Positions 41,352 through 53,731 of a stretch of DNA of 64,000 nucleotides are shown here, one piece after another. Both the position numbers and the translations under genes were made by a program. Each line of letters starts with the position of its first letter. Position 1 is the first letter of the stretch. Under the pieces are notes generated by a model that was given only the letters and a program-made list of their open reading frames with translations, was not told the DNA's origin and searched no databases. Origin of the DNA: Narcine bancroftii (Eukaryota); the NCBI RefSeq assembly GCF_036971445.1, contig NC_091470.1:51770001-51834000 (forward strand), in the 5' to 3' direction.

Positions 41352-44300
41352 GAGGAGTCATGTGATAGAGTAGTGGCCGGACAGGAAAACTAGCCCTCTC
41401 CAGGAAAATAGGAAAAAAGTTAGGAAAAAGCAAAGCATAACCAAAATAAAATATAAGAAATAGATAAAGATACAGAGAAGAGAAAGAAGATAGCTTCCAA
41501 GAAGGAGAAAGTAAGAACAATTGGAAAAAAAGAAGTAGAAAGGTCACCAGAGAAGAAAGAAGAAGGACTTACCTGCAAGAAGGTGCTGTGGTGGCGAGGA
41601 ATGCCCGACCCTCGAGGTCAGTGCCTGCCCTGTGGAGTCGCGACTCACCAGCTGGTGGACTACAAAAATGGCTCTCAGAGTCAAACAAAAGTGCGCAGTG
41701 TGCAATCAAAGGAGAAAGAGGACATTGGCGGGAGGGGGGCTCAGCAGAGGAGCGGGCTGCCACAGCGCGAACAGCTGAGGGATGCCCGAAACCAGGGCGC
41801 TCAGCTGGAGAATGAGGAAGGCAGCAGAAGAGGGAGCGATGAAACAGACGTGGGAGATAGAGGGAGGGGTGACCGACAAGAAGATCAACGTCAGGAAGCA
41901 CAACAGACGAGCAGCCCAGGAGGGGAGGACCAGCAACAAGAGGCCCAGCAAGAAGAGGCACGACAAAGAGATGCAAGCAGCTCATCAGGAAAAACAGAAG
42001 AGACAGACACAAAGAAGAGAAGAAGAAAACACAAACACAGGTACAGACACAGAAGAAGAGGAAGAAGAAGACCAAGATCTTTACAGAGAAATAGAAGGTA
42101 AAACTGATAGACAAAGAGAAATAAAAGGTAAAACTGATGAACAGAATATAGTTTTTTTTGAAGAACAAATGAGATCACTAAAAGAATGGTTATCATTAGA
42201 ATTTAATGCAATTAAAAGGAAAATGAAAAGAACAGAAGATAAAATGCAAAGTTTAGAACTGGAAATGACAGAAATAGGGAAAAGAGTAGAGAATGTGGAA
42301 GAGCGGGACACGGCTGTAGAAATGGAAGTGAATGACTTAAGAGAAAAATTGGAACAAAGTGACAAAAAAAATTAGAGACACAAGAGTGTTATCTCAGAAA
42401 ATTGATATGTTGGAAAATTATAGTAGGCAAAACAATATAAAAATAGTGGGCCTGAAGGAGGGTGAAGAAGGCACATACATGAAGGAATTTATAAAAGGAT
42501 GGATCCCGAAGGTCCTGGGAACAACAGAAATGCAGGAAAAAATGGAAATAGAAAGGGCACACAGAGCATTAGCTCCAAAACCACAGGCACATCAAAAACC
42601 AAGATCCATCCTAGTAAAATTTTGAGATACATGACAAGAGAAAATATACTGGAACAGGCAAGGAATAAAGTTAGAGAAGATAATAAACCATTGGAATACA
42701 AGGGTCAAAAATATTTTTTTACCCAGACACAAGTTTTGAACTCTTAAAGAGGAGGAACGAGTTTAATACAGCAAAATCGATTTTATGGAAAAAAGGTTAC
42801 AAATTCATGTTAAGACATCCAGCCGTGCTTAAAATATTTATACCCGGGAAGCAAAACAGACTGTTCTTGGATCCAGAGAAAGCACAAGAATTTGCAGAAT
42901 GTTTGCAGGGCAGGAGAAGAGATGAAGAGATGTAACAAGAATGAAGAACGGTGATAAAGTATATATAAAGATGTAAAAACAATGTATATGTAAAGAACTA
43001 AAGAGGGAAAAGAGAAGGGAAGGAAGGGAGTAAGGGGGGGAAAGAAGAGAGAGAGCTTTGTTATATGTGTTTTAAAAAAAGTGTTTTCTGGACAGGGCTG
43101 GGTAGAGGGGGAATAACCGTCACTGCAAAATCAGTTGATGCTGCGAACAAGAACACAATCCAAATGAAAAGGGGAGTTGTGGTTGCCCGGCAAGGGGTAT
43201 GGGGCAACTCAGAGAGGGGGGGGGGAACTTTTGGGTTTAAGATATTAGTGGATGTGGGAACTGCGGGGGTACTTTATGTCTTAAATGTGTTGTCATACAT
43301 TAAGTGTAATTAAGAGATGAAAAGGGGGATGGAGGTGGCAAAATGGTGGAAAAGAGGTGTATGGAAGATATAAGATGGCCATGTTGAACTATATGACTAT
43401 AAACATTAATGGATTACATAACCAAATTAAAAGGAAGAGGCTACTAAATTTATTGAAGAAGGAAAAAATAGATATAGCATTTGTGCAGGAAATGCATCTA
43501 ACTGAAGCGGAACATAACAAATTAAAGAGAGACTGGGTAGGACATGTAACAGCAGAATCCTATAATTCAAAAGCTAGAAGCGTAACCATACTAATTAACA
43601 AAAATGTACCAATCAAAATAGTGGAGGAAATAATAGATCTGGCAGGGAGATATGTAATGATAAAGTGTCAGATATACTCAGAATTTTGGAATTTGCTCAA
43701 TATATATGGACCTAACGAGGAGGATCAAAAGTTTATGCAGGATATTTTTTTAAAGATTGCCAACACACAAGGAAATATTATTGATAGAAGGGGATTTTTA
43801 CCTTAATTTGGACTCAATGTTGGATAAAACTGGACAAAAGACAAGTAAAAAGAATAAAGTAGCCCAATTTATGGTTAAATCAATGCAGGAAATGAAACAT
43901 GGATATATGGAGGAGGAAACACCCAAGAGAGAAGAAATTTTCATATTATTCAAGTAAGCACAAAACTTACTCAAGGATTGATATTTTTTTGTTGTCAGCC
44001 CATATTCAAGGGAGAGTTAGGAAAACTGAATACAAATCTAGACTACTATCAGATCATTCACCCCTATTATTAGCAATAGAACTGGAGGACATCCCACCAA
44101 GAACATATAGATGGAGGTTAAGCTCCATGCTACTTAAAAGACAGGAATTTAGGGAGTTTATTGAATGCCAAATTAAAACATATTTTGAAATAAACACAGG
44201 ATCAGTGAAAGACAAATTTATATTATGGGACGCAATGAAAGCCTTCATTAGAGGGCAGATAATAAGTTATGTGACTAAGATGAAAAAGGACTAAAATCGG

Positions 44301-47300
44301 GAAATCTTCTTCTTCTTCTTCTCTTTGGCTTGGCTTCGCGGACGAAGATTTATGGAGGGGGTAAAAAGTCCACGTCAGCTGCAGACTCGTTTGTGGCTGA
44401 CAAGTCCGATGCGGGACAGGCAGACACGATTGCAGCGGTTGCAGGGGAAAATTGGTTGGTTGGGGATGGGTGTTGGGTTTTTCCTCCTTTGCCTTTTGTC
44501 AGTGAGGTAGGCTCTGCGGTCTTCTTCAAAGGAGGTTGCTGCCCGCCAAACTGTGAGGCGCCAAGATGCACGGTTTGAGGCGATATCAGCCCACTGGCGG
44601 TGGTCAATGTGGCAGGCACCAAGAGATTTCTTTAGGCAGTCCTTGTACCTTTTCTTTGGTGCACCTCTGTCACGGTGGCCAGTGGAGAGCTCGTCATATA
44701 ACACGATCTTGGGAAGGCGATGGTCCTCCATTCTGGAGACGTGACCCATCCAGCGCAGCTGGATCTTCAGCAGCGTGGACTCGATGCTGTCGACCTCTGC
44801 CATCTCGAGTACTTCGACGTTAGGGATGTAAGCGCTCCAATGGATGTTGAGGATGGAGCGGAGACAACGCTGGTGGAAGCGTTCTAGGAGCCGTAGGTGG
44901 TGCCGGTAGAGGACCCATGATTCGGAGCCGAACAGGAGTGTGGGTATGACAACGGCTCTGTATACGCTTATCTTTGTGAGGTTTTTCAGTTGGTTGTTTT
45001 TCCAGACTCTTTTGTGTAGTCTTCCAAAGGCGCTATTTGCCTTGGCGAGTCTGTTGTCTATCTCATTGTCGATCCTTGCATCTGATGAAATGGTGCAGCC
45101 GAGATAGGTAAACTGGTTGACCGTTTTGAGTTTTGTGTGCCCGATGGAGATGTGGGGGGGCTGGTAATCATGGTGGGGAGCTGGCTGATGGAGGACCTCA
45201 GTTTTCTTCAGGCTGACTTCCAGGCCAAACATTTTGGCAGTTTCCGCAAAGCAGGACGTCAAGCGCTGAAGAGCTGGCTCTGAATGGGCAACTAAAGCGG
45301 CATCGTCTGCAAAGAGTAGTTCACGGACAAGTTTCTCTTGTGTCTTGGTGTGAGCTTGCAGGCGCCTCTGATTGAAGAGACTGCCATCCGTGCGGTACCG
45401 GATGTAAACAGCGTCTTCATTGTTGGGGTCTTTCATGGCTTGGTTCAGCATCATGCTGAAGAAGATTGAAAAGAGGGTTGGTGCGAGAACACAGCCTTGC
45501 TTCACGCCATTGTTAATGGAGAAGGGTTCAGAGAGCTCATTGCTGTATCTGACCCGACCTTGTTGGTTTTCGTGCAGTTGGATAATCGGGAAATAGAGCA
45601 GTTGGAAAGGGAGATAATAAGTACAGAAAAGGAATTAGTAAAAAGGGATGATATAACAAAAGGGAGAGAATTGGCGGACAAAAAAATTAAATACAAAACA
45701 TTACAAACGTACAAGGTGGAGAAGAACATAATGAAAACAAAGCAAAAGTATTAGGAACTGGGAGAAAAAACACATAAAATATTAGCCTGGCAACTTAAAA
45801 CAGAACAAGTTAAAAGAACAATACTGGCATCAAGGAAAAAGGACAAACAAATTACATATAATCCAACAGAGATTAATAAAAATTTTAAGGAATTTTATGA
45901 ACAATTGTATCAAACTGAGAATGAGGGGAAAGATAATAAAATAGAAGAGTTTTTAGCTAAAATTAAAATGCCGAAATTGCAAGAAGAGGAACAAAACAAA
46001 TTAATAAAACTATTTTAAATAGAGGAAGTACAGGATATATTAGAAAAGCTGCCCAACAATAAAACACCAGGAGCGGATGGATTTCCAATAGAATTTTATA
46101 AAACATTTAGAGTTATTAATTCCTCCTCTCCTGGAAGTAATGAACCAGATAGAAGAAACACAAAACTTGCCAGATTCATGCAAGACAGCAATAATTACAG
46201 TAATACTAAAGATAGGGAAGGATCTATTAACACCAGCATCATATAGACCAATATCTCTACTTAACACAGACTATAAAATAATAGCAAAATTATTAACAAA
46301 CAGATTGCCTGATTATGTACCTAAAATAGTAAAACAAGATCAAACTGGATTTATTAAGAAAAGTCAACAGCGGATAATGTCTGTAAACTTATTAATCTAA
46401 TTCATGCAGTTCAAGGAAATAAGAAATCAACAGTAGCTGTTGCTCTAGACGCAGATAAAGCCTTTGACAGAGTAGAGTGGAACTACTTATTTAAAGTATT
46501 ACAGAAGTTCAATCTACCAGAAAAATATATAAATTGGATTAAAGCATTGTATAATGGACTGTTGGTGAAGGTAACAGTAAATGGGTATGTATAGTGTAAC
46601 TTTAAATTAAGTAGGTCAACTAAACAGGGATGTCGACTTTCTCCCTCATTGTCACCTTAGTAATAGAACCTTTGGCAGAACTGATAAGAACAGAAAATAA
46701 AAGGGATAAAAATAAAGAATAAGGAGTACAAAATCATCTTATTTGCAGATGACATCATAGTATACTTAACAGAACCAGTATCAGTAAAAGAATTACATAA
46801 GAAATTGAAGGAATATGGAGAAATATCGGGATACACGATCAACGCAAATAAAAGTGAAGTGATGCCAATGAGTAACGCAGACTGTACAGAATTTAAAAAA
46901 GAATCACCATTTAAATGGCAAGCACAAGCAATCCGATACCTCGGGCCACTTAAGCCACTTGTACAAACTAAATTATCAGCCACTAATAAAGAAATTGCAG
47001 GAAGACTTAGAACATTGGAAAGAATTACCGCTAACATTGAGAGGGAGGGTAAACTGCATTAAAATGAATGTGTTCCCAAGGATACATACTTATTTCAAAC
47101 ATTACCAATTCCTTTAACAGAAATATTCTTTAATGAACTAAAGAGAGTAATAAGGAAATTTTTGTGGAAAGGGAGGAAACCAAGGGTAACATTAGATAAA
47201 TTAGCAGAGAGGTATAATCAAGGTGGTTTGCAGTTCCAAATTTTAGAAATTATTATAGAGCCACACAATTAAGATATTTATCAGATTTTTACCAGACAAG

Positions 47301-48701
47301 GGAAAAACCAGACTGGACTAAGATGGAACTAGATAAAATAGGGAAGAAGGTACCGGAACATATACTTTATAAGTGGGTTGAAAAGCTGTTGCAATATAAA
47401 AATTCACCAATACTGCATCATTTACTTAATACATGGAAGAAGATCCACTTAGAAAGAAAAAAAATGAACTATCAAATACCAAAATTATTATTGACGCAAA
47501 ATCCGGTAATCCTTTTTACAATAGACAACCTTTCCTTTGGAGAATGGGAGAGAAAAAGAATCAAAAGAATAGAAAATTGTTTTTTGGGAAATAATTTATT
47601 AACATTTGAACAGTTGAAGTACAAATATGGAATAACTCATGGTACAATGTTTGCATATCATCAATTGAAAGCTTATTTAAAGGATAAATTGGGAAACAAC
47701 TTGAGATTACCTGAAGGAAGCAACTTGGAATATGTGATTTCAGACACAATGATCATTAAAAGATTTATAACCAACATGTACATTAAGCTGCAAGATAAGT
47801 AAAATGAAATAAACTATAAACCTAAGCAGAAATGTGAAAAGGATCTAAACATAAAAGATAAAAATGAAGTATGGGAAAAGTTATGTTCTGGAACTATGAA
47901 GAATACAATAAACACAAGGTTATGCTTGATACAGTATAATTGGTTACACAGGGTATATATAACTCCTCAAAAATTAAAAAAATGGGATTCAACATTATCG
48001 GATAGATGTTTTCGCTGCAAGAAGGAAATGGGAACAACATTACATGCAACTTGGGCATGTACGAAAGTTAATACGTTTTGGGAAGAATTAAATCAGATAC
48101 TAAATAAATTACAAAAAATAACATACCAAAAAAAAACAGATATTTCTTTTAAGTAGAATTAGGCCTCAAATTGGATAAAATGCAAAATAAATTCATTATG
48201 ATAGCCTTAGCAATAGCAAAAAAATGTATAATGTCAAATTGGAAAATGGAAGAGAGCATGAGTCTCGAGCAATGGTTCATGGAAATGCATAAATGTATTC
48301 CATTGGAAAAAAGAACATATAATTTAAAAAAATAAAGTCACAATGTTTGTACAAATTTGGGAACCATACATGGAACATATCAGAGAGAGCTTGCCTATGA
48401 CCTCCATCCCCTAAAATGAGAATGAAAATGATAAGAAGACAAAACGACTAGATTCAGTGTGTAATAAATAGATGAAGCATTTTTCTTGTTTATTTTCATT
48501 TGTGCAAAGATATTGTTTTATGGTTTTATTGGATTGTATATGTTGAATATTTATGGGTTTTGGAGGGGGGTGGGTAGAGGGGAGGGAGGGAAAGGGGGGG
48601 GAAGGGGAGAAAAGACCACTGTGTAAATTTAATGAGAAACATTTGTACGTATTTTGGTTGATATGGTTAATAGGGTAAAATTAAAAAAAATAATAAAAAA
48701 A
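41352..48701 (+). mobile_element. Full-length L1-clade LINE (5'UTR, ORF1 about 41780-42935, ORF2 about 43375-48414, polyA), inactivated by stops and frameshifts; 17-bp TSD
   Basis: TSD AAGATAAAGGAGATGAT at 41335-41351 and 48702-48718; ORF1 LENYSRQNNIKIVGLKEGEE; EN NINGL..QEMHL..SDHSP; RT YRPISLLNTD, LFADD; C-terminal RCFRCKKE..H..W.C. Confidence 0.95.
44306..45583 (-). mobile_element. Young 5'-truncated RTE LINE inserted in L1 ORF2; TSD AATCGGGAAAT
   Basis: Intact 376-aa RT C-terminal ORF 44375..45505 (KQGCVLAP, LLFADD); (GAA)n tail; TSD 44295-44305 and 45584-45594. Confidence 0.95.
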
Positions 48702-49214
48702 AAGATAAAGGAGATGATCATTGACTTCAGGAGAGGAGCAGTCCACACTCCTATCCACAATAATGGTGCAGAAGTCAAAAACGTGGATAGCTTCAATTTC
48801 TTGGGAATAAACATACTCTAGTGACCTTGACCTGGGAGATGCACATTGACATGATGGTCAAGAAAGTCCACTGAAAACTTTCCTCAAAAGAAGTTCAGCA
48901 TGACCCTCTTGTCTTTCAATGACTGTACAGGTGCACCATGAAAACACACTTTCTGGATGCTTCACATCATCTTATGGGAAATGCTTTGTTCTGCAAAACA
49001 GTTGTAGAAGATGGTGAATGCATCTTAGAACATCTACAAAGTTCCTTCACCTCCATGCACTCCATCAGAATCTCCCACTGCCTCAGGAAGGCAGCTAATG
49101 TACTGAAGGACCCATCACACCCTGGACAAACTCTTCTTCTGCCTCCCTTTGGGGTGAAGGCACAAGAGTGTGATTGCGCTTTCTGAAAAGACTGAAGTGG
49201 GTGGGCTACCGGTC

Positions 49215-52018
49215 ATCAATATGTCAACCTTCTACACAAGCTCCATGGAGAGCATCAGGGCCAGATGCATCACAGAATGGCATGATTGCTGCAGAGAAAT
49301 GGATCGGAAATCAAGTCAATTCACGTCAAGTTTATTGTCATATGATTGCATAAGTACAACCTGATGAAACAGTATTCACCAGTCCTCAGTACAAAACATG
49401 TAGACATACAACCAGACATAACACACATACAGACAAACAATGCATATGCAGGACAATTATTTCATAAAAATAAATAAATAAACATTACTTCATGAATATG
49501 AGAGTCTTGGGTGGTTAGTGTGAGCAGTTCCTTTGGTCGTTCACATTCTCACTGCCAGTGGGAAGAAACTGTTTCTCAGCCTGGTAGTGCTGGCTCTGAT
49601 AATCTTCTATCTCTATCCTGATGGGAGCAGCTAAAAGATGCAGTTGTCAGCATACTTTCCACCACACATCTGTAGACATTTGCCAGGGTTTTTGATGTCA
49701 TACCAAACCTCCACAAACTCCTTGTGAAGTAAAGGCAATGACGTGCTTTCTTCATGATGCCATTAGTGTGTTGGGTCCAGGAAATATCCTCTGAGATAGA
49801 GAATCCCAGGAACTTAAATTTGCTCACCCATTCCACCTCTGATCCCCAATAATCACTGGATCATACACATCTGGCTTTTTCTTCCTGAATTCAACAATCA
49901 GCTGCTTGGTTTTGGTGACATTGAGTGCGAGGTTGTTGTTGATGCACCATTCAGCCAAGTTTTCAATCATCTTCCTGTATGCTGACTCAGCACCCCTTTT
50001 TATACAACCCACTATCGTGGTCTTGTCAGTGAATTTGTAGATGGTGCTGTTGTCATATCAAGCTACTCAGTCACAGGTGTGTAGAAGGTAGAGCAGAGGG
50101 ATAAGAACACAGTCTTGTAGTACTCCAGTACTTATGGTATGGAGGAGAGGAAATCACACAGTGGCGTGTTGAGTCTCAGGGCTTGGAGTTTGCTGATCAG
50201 TTTTGAGGGAATGGCGATGTTAACTGCGGAACTGTAGTTGATAAAGGGCATCCTGATGTATGCATCTTTGCTGTCCAGATGTTCCAGGGCTTTGAGTTGA
50301 GCCAATGAGATGGTATCTGCCATCAACCTGTTGCTATGATAGGCAAATCTGAACAAATCCATGTTGGCACTTAGACAGGGGCAGATCTGCTTCAACACTA
50401 GCATTTCAAAACACTTCATCACTGATGATGTGAGTGCCATTGGTCGATAGTCATTAAGGCAGGTTACCATACTTTTCTTAGACACCATTATGATCGGTGG
50501 CTGTTTGAAACAGGTGCATACTATACCCTGCCAGAATGAGATGCTGAAGATATCTGTAAATATGTTGGTAAATTGGTCAGCACAGATTTCTAATACTTGG
50601 CCAGATGCTTTCCTCAGATTCACTTTCCTGAAGGCAGCTCATATGTCATCCTTGGATACGGACAGGATGGGATCATCAGAGGATATGGGGGTGTGCACTG
50701 GTGATTCTTTCTTGTTCTTGTGGTCGAATCAGCTGTAGAAGGCATTAAGTCCCTTCTGACATCGATCCTGGTAGATCACGTCGATCGGGGGAGGGAGATT
50801 CCAATGACCCTCTCTGCCACTCTTATGGTCCTGTGGATTGACCTCTGATCCATTTCTCTGCAGCAACCATACCACACTGTGATGCAACCAGCCAGGATGT
50901 TCTCGATAGAGCTCCTATAGAAGGTTGACATAATGGTGATCAGTAGCATTGCTCGCTTCAGCTTTCTTGGGATGTGCAGTCACTGTTATGCCTTCCTGAC
51001 AAGTGTGGAGATATTGAGTGTCCACGATTGGTCACTAGTTAAGTGAACTCCAAGGTACTTGGTGATCTCCATTCTCTCTACTACAGAGGTGTTGATGTCT
51101 CACAGAGGCTGGTAATTCCTGGTCCTCCTGAAGTCCACGATCATCTCCTTTGTCTCATCCACGTTGAGACTCAGGTTGTTACTGTCGCACGATTTCACAA
51201 GATTTTTCACCTCTTCTCTGTAGTTGCTGATGAGGCCAACTACTGTGTGTCATCTGCAAACTTGATGACACTATTGGAGCTGGATCTGGCAATGCCCTCA
51301 TGGTTTAGTAGTGTGAACTGGAGTGGGCTGAGCACACAGCCCTGAGGTGCGCCAGTGTTCAGCTTGATGGTGCTCGATATTCCGCTACTGACCCAACAGA
51401 CTGTGGTCTTTGTGTTAGGAAGCCCAGAATCCAGTTACAGAGGGGTGCTAAATCCGAGAGGGAACATTTTCTCCACCAGCCTCTGAGGAATTATCATATT
51501 AAACGTTGTGTTGAAGTCAATGAACAGTATAAAGCGTCATCCTCCAAGTGGTCAAGACGTCTGTTCAACAGTTTCTTCTATAAGTGGATTTAAATGGGTT
51601 CACAGGACCATAAGTGTGACAGAGAGGGTCACTGGAGTCTCCCTCCCCCAACAACTTTGTTGTTTGAAGAGGGTACATAAAATAATTGAGGACCCCTTCC
51701 ATCCCATGCACAGCATCTTTCAGCTGCTCCTATTGGGAAAGAGATAGAGGAATATCAGAGCCAGCACCACCAGGCTGAGGAACAGCTTCTTCCCATGGGC
51801 AATGAGACTCCTGAACGACCAAAGGAACTGCTCATATTCACCATCTGAGGCTCTCATACTTACAAAACAAAATCTTTATTTATTTGTTTGTATTGATGAA
51901 ATACTTGTCCTGCTTATGTATTGTTTGTCCTTATGTGTGCTATATCTCATGTTTTGCACTGAGGATTGGATAACAGGTTATACTTGTGCATCAAATGACA
52001 ATAAACTTGACTTGACTT
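49215..52018. mobile_element. Cluster of nested Rex1/Babar-type LINE fragments (minus copies about 49310-50750 and 50755-51530; split plus copy about 49215-49313 and 51598-52018)
   Basis: ORFs 50132..50623, 49824..50012, 49576..49836, 51508..51747; AATAAACTTGACTTGA-type tails. Confidence 0.8.
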
Positions 52019-52029
52019 GAAATATGGTA

Positions 52030-53175
52030 ATTTCAAGTAAATTATAACAGGATCTAGATAAACTGGAACAGTGAGCTGATGAAATTTAACTCTGTGCAAG
52101 ATATTGCATTTTGATCGGTTAAACCTGGGCAGGACATACAGTGAACAGTAGAGCTCTGGAGAGTGTTGTAGGACAGAAATCGGTACATAGTTCCATGAAA
52201 GTTGTAACACAGGTAGAAAGGGTGGTGACGAAGGCATTTGGTACACTTGCTTTCATTGGTCAGCAGAGTACAAGAGAAGGATGTCACGTTACAACTGTAT
52301 AAGACATTGATGAGACTGCACTTGGAGTATTGTGCACAATTCTGGTCACCCAGTTATAGGAAAGATACCATGAAGCTGGAGAGGATACAGAAAAGATTCA
52401 CAAGAATGTTATCATGACTGATGGTTTAAAAAGATAAGGGAATGAATTGAAAGGCTTGGACTTTTCTTCTTGGAAATTCATTAAATCATGAGGGACATAG
52501 ATAAGTTAAATAGTTATGGACACTTTTTCTCAGTGGAGGGGAAACTAAAACTAGACTAATTATTCTTTGAGTCCTACTAAATAAAATGTATTTAGATCCT
52601 GGAAACAATACCTTTGAATTATAACAATGTTAGAAAAAGAACCCATGAGTTTAGCATGAGTTCAGGATAAAGAAATAGCTGCTTTTTGGATTGAGAAACA
52701 GAAATAGAAATTGAAGCCATTTTCATTACCTATAAATACAAATTGATTTTCACTGTAAAAGTAGCTTTTTGCTGATTCATCTGCAATATTTTCGAGTAAT
52801 ATTATCAACTGCATGCAGTTGAATGTCTCAACAGCTAAAGTCATAGAAAAGTGAATTGGGAATCTGTTGCAATATATTGAGTTACACAATTAACTGTTGA
52901 CAGTTGAATTTCATTCCTCAGGAACCAATTTTATATAATGTATATTAATGACATAGTTGTAAAGACAACTATAAAGGTGCTTACAGATGATGCAAAAATT
53001 GACTGTTTCATTGACAGTGAGGAAAAAGAACAAATTACACAGATATGAATGGGTTTGGTCAACTAAAAAGAAAAATTGCAAATTAAATTTAACCCAGACA
53101 AGTGTGAGGTAATGTGTTAGGGAGAGTGAGAACAGTGATGGAACATTGAATGGGGTGGAGGAACAGGGCCTTGGA
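52030..53175 (+). mobile_element. Degraded CR1 fragments
   Basis: QDLDKLE, LEYCAQFWSPSYRKD and FNPDKCEV-like remnants. Confidence 0.7.
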
Positions 53176-53577
53176 AGAATGTTTGTCGATTCTTATAAAT
53201 CACCATTGTATTCATTTTATAAAATTTTTAAAGGCTTCAAAAAAAAATTTGCAAAGTTGTCATATTGCATTTCGAATGATTCCCACAGGTCAACTGATAT
53301 CAACATTGTACTGCTCCCAATAATTAAGATGAAACTTCTCATCCCTTTAACAAATATTCAACCACCTCTGTCTTCAATACTCAAAGACTCTGCTTACTCT
53401 TGTCACTTGAAGAAGAATTCCAAAGTAGCCAACCTACTGAAAACAATAAATGCCTACTATTTTAAGGGGAAAAATGGTTGCAAACCTGATGATCAGACAA
53501 TGGTGTTCACCTTCTAAAGAAAAAAAAACATGGGCAGTGGTAAATCAATTCTTTTTATATTGCCTCAAATATTTTCT

Positions 53578-53731
53578 CAATGGCCTCCAGAGTTGTAAAT
53601 TTTCTTAGACATTTATATCAGCAGTGTGCTGTGGCTCTTCAACTACCACCAACAGGATGGGCCCAATGGCCTCCAGAGTTGTAAATTTTCTTAGACATTT
53701 ATTATCAGCAGTGTGCTGTGGCTCTTCAACT
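53578..53731. repeat. About 66-bp direct duplication separated by a short spacer
   Basis: CAATGGCCTCCAGAGTTGTAAATTTTCTTAGACATTTA(T)TATCAGCAGTGTGCTGTGGCTCTTCAACT occurs twice. Confidence 0.85.

Larger units (their letters stand above)
40670..49180 (+). mobile_element. Old Rex1/Babar-type LINE fragment (about 40670-41351 and 48702-49180) split by the full-length L1
   Basis: Degenerate RT motifs before the L1 (ALEHLD, STGTPQG) continue after it (KEMIIDFRR..FLGI). Confidence 0.7.

Noticed and set aside
41569-42200. Overlapping low-complexity ORFs on both strands
   Set aside because: L1 5'UTR and ORF1 N-terminus with purine bias, and their antisense shadows.
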